Below the pieces are notes generated by a model, which saw only the letters and a program-made list of their open reading frames with translations, ran no database searches and was not told the origin of the DNA. Of a stretch of DNA of 64,000 nt, positions 54,914 through 64,000 are shown piece by piece. How positions within the stretch are numbered: the first letter of the stretch is position 1; each line of letters starts with the position of its first letter. A program made the translations under genes and the position numbers. This DNA is from an uncultured Candidatus Saccharibacteria bacterium (GTDB taxonomy: Bacteria > Patescibacteriota > Saccharimonadia > Saccharimonadales > JAGQNJ01): contig CAZPVO010000003.1 of the NCBI GenBank assembly GCA_964590205.1, positions 682 through 64,681 of the forward strand. The letters are read 5' to 3'.

Positions 54914-56023
54914 TTATTGTACCTTACCTTTTGCTTTAATTGTTCCGTCGGCTAGTTGAATTGTTAGATCACTATTTGGCGCAATTTTTTTGACTGATCG
55001 CACAACCTTACCATTAACACGAACGATCGCATAGCCACGCTTTAAAATCGCTTCTGGATGTAACAGTTGCAGTAGTTGCACTGCATTTTTCACATATTGC
55101 TGCTGAGCTTGCAGCAGACTGGTTGTTGCGTGTGTGATAGCCAGCAATTTTTCTTTGATCTCAAACTGTTCATCGCCAAAAAGTTTTAACAAATTTGCCT
55201 GCAGTTCTTTAGTGCCGGCTAATAATTGTTGCTGGATGTCGTGCCGACTTGGTACAAGTAATTGAGCAGCGTTACTTGGTGTACTTGCACGCATATCAGC
55301 AGCAAGTTCTGCAAGACTAATGTCGATTTCGTGTCCAATCGCCACCATGGTTGGGATATGACTCGCGCTCACTGCTCGCACAACATTTTCAGCACTGAAA
55401 GCCTGCAGGTCATCTGGGCTGCCACCACCGCGTGTTATCACCAAAACATCAGGCGGATTGATTTGCTTGTTGAAATATTCAATGGCTTCGACGATTTGAT
55501 CTGGTGCTGCCTCGCCTTGAACTTGCACGTCAAACAGCTGAATACCAACACCGCCCCACCTTTCATCTAGAATTTTCATAAAATCCGCATAGGCAGCTGA
55601 TTCGCTTGATGTAATCAGCCCGATTGTCGACGGTGGATACGGTAATAATTGCTTACGGGCCTCGTCAAACAACCCTTCTTTGCGAAGTTTTGCTTCTAGC
55701 AGTTGTGCCGCTCGCTTTATGGTCCCTTCGCCGCTCAACTGAATACTGCGAACGTTGATGCTAAACCCAAACTGAGGATGCAGCTGAGGCACACCGCTCA
55801 CTGTCAGAACCATGCCTTCCTCCAGCGGTGTTTGCAAATGATACACCGTGCCAAAAAAACGCACGCTGGACATCTCATCTTTCAGATCAAAGTAAATCCA
55901 GCGATTTTTGCTGATTTTAAAATTTGCCAACTCGCCAACAATTGTTACCTGTGGATAGGCATTTGTAATAGTCTGATTAAAAACTGCGACAAAGTCGCTT
56001 ACTCCAAATGTCACCTCTTGCAT
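54914..56023 (-). CDS. xseA: exodeoxyribonuclease VII large subunit
   Basis: OB-fold N-terminus (VTIVGELANFKISKNRWIYFDLKD) and catalytic core (ITRGGGSPDDLQAF, MVAIGHEID). Confidence 0.9.
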   Translation of the reverse strand: MQEVTFGVSDFVAVFNQTITNAYPQVTIVGELANFKISKNRWIYFDLKDEMSSVRFFGTVYHLQTPLEEGMVLTVSGVPQLHPQFGFSINVRSIQLSGEGTIKRAAQLLEAKLRKEGLFDEARKQLLPYPPSTIGLITSSESAAYADFMKILDERWGGVGIQLFDVQVQGEAAPDQIVEAIEYFNKQINPPDVLVITRGGGSPDDLQAFSAENVVRAVSASHIPTMVAIGHEIDISLAELAADMRASTPSNAAQLLVPSRHDIQQQLLAGTKELQANLLKLFGDEQFEIKEKLLAITHATTSLLQAQQQYVKNAVQLLQLLHPEAILKRGYAIVRVNGKVVRSVKKIAPNSDLTIQLADGTIKAKGKVQ

Positions 56024-56025
56024 AA

Positions 56026-57066
56026 CTAAACGTTAACTTTGTCTTCTTTAATACTCTTGTGATAGTAATAATATCCCGGAGGCATTTGAATCAACATATT
56101 AAGGATTCGGTACATAATGATCACTGGCAAGCTTGTACCTGCTGGGACGCCAGCCGCAGCCAAAACACCAGTCATTAAGGCTTCGTAAATTCCCACTCCA
56201 CCCGGTAGTACCGAGATAAGCCCAGCAAAGTTGGCCACTGCGTACGCAATAATTACAGCCCCTGGGTTCACCCACTCACCGAAGGCTATAAACACCACAT
56301 ACACCGTGATAATCTCACCAACATTCGCCCACAATGAATCCCATAGCGGTTTTTTGAGCACTCTTGGGTTACTTTTAATCTGCATGTAATTTTCATGCAG
56401 TTCGGTGAACATACGCTCGACACGCGCTATGTTGATTGTTTCAGGGTGTTTTCGTCTGACAAGATGAATAGCTTTATTAACAAATTTAGTGATATAGCCA
56501 AAGAAAGCGTTAATACGTTTTTGGCTGCCCACGATATAGGCAGTAATAATTGTGCCCACAAACAGTAGTGTGGCCAGCGAGCCAGCCACCAGCAATGCTA
56601 GTCTGTTAACGCTACCGCCGAGCGCCAGACAAAGTAGCCCAACAAATAACAAAACTTGAAACGAAATAAAGGTCAGAATAAATTTCATCATGTGCACGAG
56701 TGTGGCCTTGCCTGACGTGACTCCCTCGGCTTTCATACGCAAACCAAAATATGAAAAACTAGAAACTCCACCACTCGGAAAAATATTGTTTACAAAGTTT
56801 ACCTCGAGAACAATTGGGATCATTTTTTTCAGGGATATTTTTTCGTGCAGAATATCAAATAAGTGAATATATAGATTGCTGTTGGCATAGTAGTTAAGCC
56901 CCTGGCCGACAATCATCAGCAGTAGTGCGTAGTTGTTGATCTTACCAAAGTTATCAATTGTCTCAGTGATTTGTTCGCGTGCAAAAAAGCAAAGCGCAGC
57001 CAATGCCACGAATGTAGCAATAGTTAGAATCAGTTTCCAGGTGCTTCGACGTTTTTCATCAGACAT
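56026..57066 (-). CDS. flippase-like (lysylphosphatidylglycerol synthase TM region/UPF0104) membrane protein
   Basis: About eight TM helices, with a C-terminal LPGGVGIYEALMTGVL motif typical of this family. Start taken at MSDEKRR to avoid a divergent overlap. Confidence 0.55.
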   Translation of the reverse strand: MSDEKRRSTWKLILTIATFVALAALCFFAREQITETIDNFGKINNYALLLMIVGQGLNYYANSNLYIHLFDILHEKISLKKMIPIVLEVNFVNNIFPSGGVSSFSYFGLRMKAEGVTSGKATLVHMMKFILTFISFQVLLFVGLLCLALGGSVNRLALLVAGSLATLLFVGTIITAYIVGSQKRINAFFGYITKFVNKAIHLVRRKHPETINIARVERMFTELHENYMQIKSNPRVLKKPLWDSLWANVGEIITVYVVFIAFGEWVNPGAVIIAYAVANFAGLISVLPGGVGIYEALMTGVLAAAGVPAGTSLPVIIMYRILNMLIQMPPGYYYYHKSIKEDKVNV

Positions 57067-57102
57067 AACAAGAATAGCCCTATTATACGGTACACTAGCT
57101 AT

Positions 57103-58266
57103 ATGTCTCAAACGATTGCTATTTTGGGCCGCCAACCTGCACTTGGTTTGGCGGAGCTTGAAAGTCTGTACAGCGGCAAAAACGTGCAGCCAATTGGTAT
57201 GCAGACCGTTTTAATTGATACGGATCCCGCCAATGTCGATATTAATCGCCTGGGTGGCACAATTAAGCTTGCTAAAGCGCTGACAAAACTTGATTTTACT
57301 GATTGGCGAAGATTGACTAACTATTTGATTGAGCACGTGCCAAAGCATACCTGTTGTATTGGGCCAGGCAAACTGATCTTTGGTATTAGCACATACGGAC
57401 TAAAAGTAAGCGAAAAAGATATCGAACGCACTGCCTTGTCAGTCAAAAAAGCTGTGCGCACGAATGATGGCCGCCCGGTGCGAGTTGTGCCAACCAAAGG
57501 CAACGAACTTTCCAGCGCTCAGGTGTTACATAACAAAATGTTTGAACAGCCACTTGGTATGGAACTTATCTTTGTTCGTGATGGTAACTCTGTTTGGCTG
57601 GCGCAAACTGTTGGGATCCAAAATATCGATGCCTATTCGGCCCGCGACCAAGCCCGACCAAAACGCGATGCTCGTGTGGGAATGCTGCCGCCTAAATTGG
57701 CTCAAATCATCTTAAACCTGGCTCGTCCTGGCGCCGGTGAGACAGTACTCGATCCTTTTTGTGGAACTGGCGTTATTTTGCAGGAAGCTTTATTGGCAGG
57801 CTTTTACGTGTATGGTACAGATCTAGAACCACGAATGATCGAATACACAACTGAAAACCTTAGGTGGCTTGTTGGCCCTACTAAATACCCGCTAGAGGTT
57901 GGGGATGCAACGAGTTTTAACTGGAGTGAACCTTTTGACGTTATTGCGACCGAAACTTACTTGGGCCGCCCCTTCTCGGTTGCTCCAGACGAAGCAACCC
58001 TCAAGCAAGTTATAAGCGATGTAAATACAATTCACAAAAAGTTTCTTGAAAATGTAGCCCAGCAAACCGAACCGGGATTTCAGCTGTGTTTAGCCGTGCC
58101 AGCGTGGTTTATTGGCAATCAGGTTAAGCATATGAGTGTTCTTGACCATTTAACAGATATGGGGTATACTCGTTTGAGTTTTACACACGCTGAAGATAAA
58201 GATCTTATCTATCACCGTGAGGGTCAAATTGTTGGCCGAGAATTAGTCGTACTACAAAGGAAGTAG
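57103..58266 (+). CDS. putative RNA methyltransferase (UPF0020/Trm11-like)
   Basis: VLDPFCGTGVILQEALLAGFYVYGTDLEPRMI SAM-binding motif, with an N-terminal THUMP-like region possible. Confidence 0.55.
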   Translation: MSQTIAILGRQPALGLAELESLYSGKNVQPIGMQTVLIDTDPANVDINRLGGTIKLAKALTKLDFTDWRRLTNYLIEHVPKHTCCIGPGKLIFGISTYGLKVSEKDIERTALSVKKAVRTNDGRPVRVVPTKGNELSSAQVLHNKMFEQPLGMELIFVRDGNSVWLAQTVGIQNIDAYSARDQARPKRDARVGMLPPKLAQIILNLARPGAGETVLDPFCGTGVILQEALLAGFYVYGTDLEPRMIEYTTENLRWLVGPTKYPLEVGDATSFNWSEPFDVIATETYLGRPFSVAPDEATLKQVISDVNTIHKKFLENVAQQTEPGFQLCLAVPAWFIGNQVKHMSVLDHLTDMGYTRLSFTHAEDKDLIYHREGQIVGRELVVLQRK

Positions 58267-58268
58267 CA

Positions 58269-58541
58269 ATGAGTAAAGTTAAAGCTGGTGGTTCAAGTAA
58301 AAACGTTCATGACAGTCCCGGACAGCGACTGGGCGTTAAGTTATATGGTGGTCAGAGTGTTAAGACTGGCCAGGTTATTGTTCGACAAATTGGTATGAGC
58401 AAGCGTGCAGGAGCTGGCACTAAGATGTCACGTAACTTTACTATTCACGCCGCAAAAGACGGCACTGTTAAGTTTACGCAGCGCAAGGTCCGCCTTTTTA
58501 CGGGCAAAACAGTTCCACGCACTGAAGTATCAGTCGAGTAA
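58269..58541 (+). CDS. rpmA: 50S ribosomal protein L27
   Basis: KAGGSSKNVHDSPGQRLGVKLYGGQSVKTGQVIVRQ... Confidence 0.93.
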   Translation: MSKVKAGGSSKNVHDSPGQRLGVKLYGGQSVKTGQVIVRQIGMSKRAGAGTKMSRNFTIHAAKDGTVKFTQRKVRLFTGKTVPRTEVSVE

Positions 58542-58561
58542 TTAATAAAACTGATAATCTA

Positions 58562-58591
58562 AAAAGCCCCCTATCAGGGGCTTTTCTTTTT
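58562..58591. terminator. bidirectional intrinsic terminator
   Basis: AAAAGCCCC-CTATCA-GGGGCTTTT stem-loop followed by TCTTTTT. The A-tract on the other side serves the convergent gene. Confidence 0.7.
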
Positions 58592-58609
58592 CGCAGTGAG
58601 TTCTCTTAA

Positions 58610-58948
58610 TTATTTTGGCTGTTGAGGAGTTTGGCCTTGATCAGTAGGTTTTTCTACGTGCCATTCGTTGTTTGGATTATCTGCAATAACTGGTGGCTTT
58701 GTCTCTGGTGGGGTTAAAAATGGTGGCACTAAACCTGAGGCATCGATAGGTTCAAACGTGCCTGGCTTTACAACAATGTTATTAGCACTTGCTGCTTCTG
58801 CATTTCGTTGCGATTGATAAGCAGATACCCGTGGTCTTCCAGGTCCTTTCAGTGGTGGCATATTTATGGGGCCGCTATCCATCTGATAATCTGGCGCGTC
58901 GGCCGGTTTATTGGGCTGTGCATTTGGATCTGATGTTTCGCCTGGCAT
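58610..58948 (-). CDS. hypothetical Pro-rich protein (N-terminus paralogous to 59011..59955)
   Basis: Starts MPGETSDP. 112 aa and Pro/Gln/Asn-rich. Confidence 0.45.
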   Translation of the reverse strand: MPGETSDPNAQPNKPADAPDYQMDSGPINMPPLKGPGRPRVSAYQSQRNAEAASANNIVVKPGTFEPIDASGLVPPFLTPPETKPPVIADNPNNEWHVEKPTDQGQTPQQPK

Positions 58949-58981
58949 TTTTTTCCTTTTTGTTCAATATTATCTTCTCAT

Positions 58982-59010
58982 ATACTAGAATAAATACTTT
59001 AAAAAGTCAA
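58982..59010 (-). promoter_or_regulatory. promoter of 58610..58948
   Basis: On the minus strand: TTGACT (59010-59005), 17-nt spacer, TAGTAT (58987-58982). Confidence 0.5.
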
Positions 59011-59955
59011 TTATCCAAATAGAGCTTTAAATGCCGCATCACGGTGTTGACCACGTATAATTTTACCGTTTTGATCATATGTTGTGTCGTTAGTCTCATT
59101 GCGATTGTCGAAGGTTCCATCAATTAATGATAATGCCAGTAAAGCGCTGTATTCCTGTGAGCTCATAGTAATGTCTCTAGGGTATCCCGGATAATCAGAT
59201 ACTTTTTGCTTCTTAGTGATTCTGTCCCCCAGTTGGCCATCTTCTGCTAGAACTTCAATTCGGCGTAAAAATGCCCTGCCAAGCTCCATGCGAACATCGA
59301 CGTTTTCTCGTATATAATCAACGAGTCCAAGTGTATCTTTTGGATTAATTTGATCACGAGCTGCGAACTCACCAATTACATCCTTAATAAAACCATCTCG
59401 ATTCAGCAAACTATCGAGCGTGTGTTTAGCTGCGTTTCGGGTGTAATCATCAATTTTCTCGCGACCTTCTAGCCGAACAGCTGCATCCTCAACATCTACT
59501 TTTGAAGGATCATAATCATCACTGATTAAAAAGTCGTAATCAGCCTCTTTAGCACCTTGTGGTTTAACGGGAGCGAATATTTTTTCCATGCGACTAGGGG
59601 TTTTAGTTTCGGCAGTCGCTTCAACTTCTTTAGAGATGCCTACTGTGCCAAGAGTGCCGATCAAACGCTTATCGCCCATAGTTCCTACAAGGCGATTAGG
59701 GGTTGTCGATTCAGGCTCAGCATGTTCTGGTGTAGGGCTTCCAGGTTCTGTTGAATTTAGGATTGCCTCAACTTCAGGATCTTCAAAACTTGCCAAGCGA
59801 ATTGGTGTACTTTCGGTAACTGGCGGTGTCTGTACACCGCTTGCCACAGCATCAACTCCTCGCTCAGGATCGAACATAACTACAGTTTCAGCTTGCAAGG
59901 CTGGGTCAGTTGTAGCAGGAGGTGATGTTAATCCTGGATCTGTTTCGGCTGGCAT
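59011..59955 (-). CDS. hypothetical protein with Pro/Thr/Glu-rich N-terminal region
   Basis: Start taken at MPAETDPG (59955). The C-terminal ~170 aa look globular. No motif recognised. Confidence 0.45.
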   Translation of the reverse strand: MPAETDPGLTSPPATTDPALQAETVVMFDPERGVDAVASGVQTPPVTESTPIRLASFEDPEVEAILNSTEPGSPTPEHAEPESTTPNRLVGTMGDKRLIGTLGTVGISKEVEATAETKTPSRMEKIFAPVKPQGAKEADYDFLISDDYDPSKVDVEDAAVRLEGREKIDDYTRNAAKHTLDSLLNRDGFIKDVIGEFAARDQINPKDTLGLVDYIRENVDVRMELGRAFLRRIEVLAEDGQLGDRITKKQKVSDYPGYPRDITMSSQEYSALLALSLIDGTFDNRNETNDTTYDQNGKIIRGQHRDAAFKALFG

Positions 59956-59981
59956 TTTTATTTCTGCGTTTAACAGATATA

Positions 59982-60010
59982 ATAATAGCATAAACTTTAT
60001 AAAAAGTCAA
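59982..60010 (-). promoter_or_regulatory. promoter of 59011..59955
   Basis: On the minus strand: TTGACT (60010-60005), 17-nt spacer, TATTAT (59987-59982). Confidence 0.5.
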
Positions 60011-60029
60011 TCTGGTGCTCTAGATGTAA

Positions 60030-60464
60030 CTAATTTGCGCTAAGATGGTGCTTAATACGTTCTACGACATCTGCAATCACCACTTGTGATTTGACCAAGT
60101 AATCATCGGCCCCGAGTTGGGTGGCCTTTTCTTTATCAGTGTCTTGGCTGAGTGCCGTAAGCATCACAACTTTTACATTGGCCGTTTCAGGAGTGTTGCG
60201 TAAGATATCAAGTACGTCAAAACCGCTCACTTTAGGCATCATAACATCGAGCAAAATGAGGCTTGGCTTGAATTCAATAGCTGCCGCGAGTGCATCTTCA
60301 CCATTTGGCACACGACGAACTGTAAAGCCTTCGGCCTCGAGACGAGTTTGGTATACATTTGCCAATCCGTCGTCATCTTCGACGAGTAGAATCTTTTTTC
60401 CCTTGAGGTTTTGATTTTGTGGATCCATGTTGCTCATGCTAGAGGATTTAAGCTCGTTTTGCAA
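60030..60464 (-). CDS. single-domain response regulator (paralog of the 13369 receiver)
   Basis: KKILLVEDDD, LILLDVMMPKVSGFDVLDILRNTPET and YLVKS motifs. The ORF begins with TTG; an ATG at 60437 is an alternative start. Confidence 0.85.
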   Translation of the reverse strand: MQNELKSSSMSNMDPQNQNLKGKKILLVEDDDGLANVYQTRLEAEGFTVRRVPNGEDALAAAIEFKPSLILLDVMMPKVSGFDVLDILRNTPETANVKVVMLTALSQDTDKEKATQLGADDYLVKSQVVIADVVERIKHHLSAN

Positions 60465-60480
60465 GCCTGAAGCATGCCTC

Positions 60481-62097
60481 CTATCTCTTTGCTAGTGTGG
60501 CAATAAAGCCATTAAATAATGGATGCGGTCGATTCGGTCGACTGGTAAATTCAGGGTGGAATTGGCTGGCAACAAAGAATGGGTGATCAATCGCTTCAAT
60601 AACTTCAACTAATTTGCCATCAGGCGAGGTTCCAACCGCTTTTATGCCCCACGATTCGTATTGCTCACGGTATGCATTGCTACATTCACAGCGGTGACGA
60701 TGACGCTCAACAATGTCCGTAGCACCATATAATTGCGCAGCTTTACTGTCCTTAGCCAGTACACATGGGTAATTACCGAGGCGCATGGTACCACCAGTTT
60801 GCTGCTTGCCGGCTTGGCCGTCCATAATATCAATGACTTTGGTGCTACTTTCTGGGTCAAGCTCCAGAGTGGTAGCTTTTTTAATGCCTGCATTGCGAGC
60901 AGCTGCGATAACTGCCATCTGTAAGCCGAGGCAAAGGCCAAGATATGGGATGTTATGCTTCAGCGCATATTGCGCAGCAATTATCTTGCCCTCGAGTCCG
61001 CGCGTACCAAAACCACCTGGGACCACCAGACCATCAACATCTTTGATAGTTTTCTCAATATCTTTGTCTTTTTTGATTCTCTCGGCGTCGATCCACTTAA
61101 TTTTTACTTTGCAATCATTCCACATTCCAGCTGCGTAGAGTGCTTCAAAAACCGACATATAGGTATCGGTGTTGTCCATGTATTTTGCAACCACACCAAC
61201 AGTCACCTTTTTCTTCTGAGTAGCTACAGCCCTTTTAACCACACCTCGCCACTCTTTAAGGTCTGGCTTCTTGGCTTTCACGTTTAATCGCTCGCAAATA
61301 ACATCGGCAATGCCGGTATCCTCAAGTGTCAGCGGCACCTCATAAATACTGGCCGCGTTTGGTAATAATGCAATCGAGCCTTTATCGACACCAGAGAAGA
61401 GACTTAGTTTTTCTTTCACGTTATTTAATGGTGGTTTCTCGCTGCGTGCCACCAAAATGTCAGGGCTAATCCCCAGCCCACGTAAATCTCGAACAGAGTT
61501 TTGAGCTGGCTTTGTCTTAGTTTCCTGGCTCGCACCCAAAAATGGCAGGTAAACCACGTGTACATACAAGCAATTTTCTAGGCCAACTCTGATACCCAGC
61601 TCACGAATTGCCTCAAGAAAACTCAGACTTTCGTAGTCACCAACTGTTCCCCCAATTTCGACAATGTGTACGTCGTAGCCGTCGGCTGCATCCTGGATAA
61701 ACTTTTGGATAGCCATAGTGAAATGCGGAATAATTTGGACGTCATCGCCTTCGTATTTGCCAGCTCGCTCATCAGCAATCACTTTTTGCAATACTCGGCC
61801 ACTCATCAGTGAACTTTTGCCGTTTAATTCTTGATCCAAAAAGCGCTCGTAATGGCCAAGGTCAAGATCTGTTTCGGCACCATCATAGGTAACAAAACAC
61901 TCACCATGTTCGCGTGGATTTAAAAGGCCCGCATCAACATTAAGATACGGGTCGCACTTTTGAATATTAACTTTGAGTTTTCGGGCTTTTAAGAGGTTTC
62001 CAATAGAGGCGGCGGTGATTCCTTTTCCGAGGCCAGATAACACACCCCCGGTTACAAACACATATTTAGTTGGCTGCTTGGCCACTTCGCTCGCCAT
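60481..62097 (-). CDS. pyrG: CTP synthase
   Basis: YVFVTGGVLSGLGKGI synthetase N-terminus and glutaminase YLGLCLGLQ...HRHRCE(Y-type). Confidence 0.95.
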   Translation of the reverse strand: MASEVAKQPTKYVFVTGGVLSGLGKGITAASIGNLLKARKLKVNIQKCDPYLNVDAGLLNPREHGECFVTYDGAETDLDLGHYERFLDQELNGKSSLMSGRVLQKVIADERAGKYEGDDVQIIPHFTMAIQKFIQDAADGYDVHIVEIGGTVGDYESLSFLEAIRELGIRVGLENCLYVHVVYLPFLGASQETKTKPAQNSVRDLRGLGISPDILVARSEKPPLNNVKEKLSLFSGVDKGSIALLPNAASIYEVPLTLEDTGIADVICERLNVKAKKPDLKEWRGVVKRAVATQKKKVTVGVVAKYMDNTDTYMSVFEALYAAGMWNDCKVKIKWIDAERIKKDKDIEKTIKDVDGLVVPGGFGTRGLEGKIIAAQYALKHNIPYLGLCLGLQMAVIAAARNAGIKKATTLELDPESSTKVIDIMDGQAGKQQTGGTMRLGNYPCVLAKDSKAAQLYGATDIVERHRHRCECSNAYREQYESWGIKAVGTSPDGKLVEVIEAIDHPFFVASQFHPEFTSRPNRPHPLFNGFIATLAKR

Positions 62098-62158
62098 CTC
62101 CCTCTATTAGTTAACGTATAGATACTACCATAAGGGAGATAAGTTGCAAACCTTTTTA

Positions 62159-63382
62159 TTAATGAGTTTGTAAATATTGGATAGCAGCGTCTTTTTGTGG
62201 ATCGCGCTTGGCATCAGCGTCTTCATTGCTGAGCTTAACGTTTTGGTCGGGTTGAATACCCTGTTTATCGATGTTCACTCCAGCCGGGGTGTACCAACGT
62301 GCGATAGTAATTTTAATCATCGCACCACCTGGCAGTTGTTCAATTTGTTGCACACTACCCTTGCCGTATGACTTCACACCAATCAGCGTCGCTGCGTGGT
62401 TATCTTTGAGCGCACCTGAGACAATTTCGCTGGCGCTGGCACTCCCATCGTCGATCAACACAACAGTTGGTATTCCCTGCAGTGTATCTTCGCCGTTTGC
62501 TGTATATGTTTTAATGACTGCACCGCCACGCTTTTCCTGCAGAACTGTCTGACCAGGCTTGAGCCACAAACTGCTCACATCAACAGCTGAGTCCAAAAGA
62601 CCGCCTGGATCACCACGAACATCTAAAATGACACCTTTCACATTAGCGTTCTTAAACTGCTGTGCACCTTGTTTAGCCAAGTCACCCGTATCTTCGGCAA
62701 AACGAGTAATTTGCATGTAGCCAATATTGCCCGGCAATATTTCGGTCTTTACGCTTGGAATCGTAATGTTATCTCTTGTAATCGTAAAATCAAGCGGCTT
62801 GCCATCGCGTACAACCTTTAGAGTAACTTTGGTGTCTTTTGGCCCACGTATTTTCTTGACCGCATCGGTGAGGCTCATGTTGGTTGTGGTTTGGCCATCA
62901 ATCTCGATAATGGCATCTTTTGGCTTCAGGCCAGCTTTCTCGGCCGGAAAACCACTGATTGGCGCAATAATAACGATCTGGTCATCTTGCTTGCCCAGTT
63001 CAGCGCCAATACCAGTAAATGAACCCGATAAACCTTCGTTGAAACTTTTGGCCTCTTCAGGGTTAAAATACTCCGTGTACGGATCGCCTGTTGCTTCCGC
63101 CATGCCTTTTTTAAGGCCATCAAGGATTTTGGCATTATCGAGCTTGCCATCGTAATCCTTTTGAAGAATCTGATAAACCTGATTAAGTGAGCTGTAATCG
63201 AGACTGGCCGAGGATTTGCTGGAGTTATAACCGTGCGAGCTCAGCTTGCCCTGTCCCCACGCCCAGCCAATAAATAGTAGAGCAATAGCTGCGGCAGCTA
63301 AAAGTAGGCCTTTTCCCAGTCGCTTTGGCCATTTTTTTGCATTTTTCTCAGGTGGTTTTTCAGGCACTGGCAGCTCAGGCAT
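62159..63382 (-). CDS. S41 family C-terminal processing peptidase
   Basis: TM anchor, PDZ domain (GIGAELGKQDDQIVIIAPISGFPAEKAGLKPKDAIIEIDG) and catalytic segment VLIDDGSASASEIVSGALKD. Confidence 0.9.
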   Translation of the reverse strand: MPELPVPEKPPEKNAKKWPKRLGKGLLLAAAAIALLFIGWAWGQGKLSSHGYNSSKSSASLDYSSLNQVYQILQKDYDGKLDNAKILDGLKKGMAEATGDPYTEYFNPEEAKSFNEGLSGSFTGIGAELGKQDDQIVIIAPISGFPAEKAGLKPKDAIIEIDGQTTTNMSLTDAVKKIRGPKDTKVTLKVVRDGKPLDFTITRDNITIPSVKTEILPGNIGYMQITRFAEDTGDLAKQGAQQFKNANVKGVILDVRGDPGGLLDSAVDVSSLWLKPGQTVLQEKRGGAVIKTYTANGEDTLQGIPTVVLIDDGSASASEIVSGALKDNHAATLIGVKSYGKGSVQQIEQLPGGAMIKITIARWYTPAGVNIDKQGIQPDQNVKLSNEDADAKRDPQKDAAIQYLQTH

Positions 63383-63474
63383 TACCCTTTACCCCAGACA
63401 CAAACTTTAAGCATATGCGCCTATTATACTGATCACAGCTGAGAATGTCATGAGAATATCAAAAGAAAGTTCGT

Positions 63475-64000
63475 TTAAAAGTGGATAAAGACTAATCCCG
63501 AAGTACTGATCCGCGCTTCACTATAGTAGCCATCCAGTCCTGCGTTATATTGGCTGATGTAAATTGTGCCGTCACCGTAAACATGTTCAACGTACATGGC
63601 GTGCCCATAAAATCCAGCATTCTTGATTGCAACATCGCCTTCACGCGGGTTGGTATCTACTGGAAATCCGCGTGCTCGTGCGTTGTCATCCCACTGGTTA
63701 GCATTACCGAAGCCATATGGCATATAACGGCCGGTGCTCCAGACCTTCCAAGCTGTGTAACTGACACACTCGCGGTTATACATACCCCACGTATCAACAA
63801 TTGAATCCTGTGGTGCAAAAGCCCAAGCGCCTGGATAACCACCGCCACCAGGGATACCTACCGGAACACTACCACCGAATATTTGAGCATTGATAGCAGC
63901 TTGTTGTTTACGAAGCTGAGAAACTTTGGCGTTATTAAGCTGCATTTGACCAGTAAGATCTGACTGCTGTTGTTGGTTGAGCGAGAGCAATTGATTTTGC
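63475..64000 (-). CDS. CHAP domain peptidoglycan hydrolase (5' end outside window)
   Basis: CHAP Cys (NRECVSYTAWKV) and His (GHAMYVEHV) motifs, preceded by a Gln-rich coiled coil. The frame remains open to the window edge. Confidence 0.8.
   Translation of the reverse strand, partial: QNQLLSLNQQQQSDLTGQMQLNNAKVSQLRKQQAAINAQIFGGSVPVGIPGGGGYPGAWAFAPQDSIVDTWGMYNRECVSYTAWKVWSTGRYMPYGFGNANQWDDNARARGFPVDTNPREGDVAIKNAGFYGHAMYVEHVYGDGTIYISQYNAGLDGYYSEARISTSGLVFIHF

Noticed and set aside
62098-62158. SD-sequestering hairpin (CTCCCT pairing with the AGGGAG of the pyrG Shine-Dalgarno)
   Set aside because: The complementary CTCCCT lies inside the spacer of the best promoter candidate (TTGCAA-16-TAGTAT). 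It would therefore not be part of the transcript.

Overview
This window reads as ordinary chromosome from a streamlined, gene-dense bacterium. No transposase, integrase, phage, CRISPR or rRNA signal is visible. The gene content looks like a Patescibacteria/CPR organism, possibly Saccharibacteria-like, but that placement is inference only. It rests on a minimal dcw cluster without mur ligases or ftsA/ftsZ, a sortase, DUF3048, four output-less response regulators, a pilin-type signal peptide and many orphan proteins. Confidently recognisable genes are gltX, a umuD-like/umuC pair, tRNA-Glu(CUC), der, pth, dprA, topA, mraZ-rsmH-ftsL-ftsI-mraY-ftsW-murG-ftsQ, a GH1 glycosidase, a ClC channel, glyQS, recO, xseA/xseB, rpmA, pyrG, an S41 protease and a CHAP hydrolase. 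The observations most worth follow-up are listed here. (1) A 520-bp ORF-poor, hairpin-dense region at 20.9-21.4 kb has a 23-nt direct repeat competing for one complementary arm; it is probably a structured RNA of unresolved class. (2) Gene orientation switches sharply at 27.6-28.2 kb around a 628-bp AT-rich gap that holds a dif-like 11-6-11 palindrome, suggesting a replication terminus. (3) A helically phased array of GTGGGTA repeats lies upstream of mraZ. (4) A clear WhiB-like protein is present. (5) A histidine kinase/receiver pair has lost both phospho-acceptor residues and is translationally coupled to recO. (6) A promoter, long hairpin and terminator-like leader precedes a GNAT gene. (7) Promoter -10 boxes recur 6-9 nt from start codons, suggesting leaderless mRNAs. 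I could not identify a defined new multi-gene system with confidence. The orphan operon at 25.2-27.6 kb and the 20.9-21.4 kb RNA candidate are the best leads.
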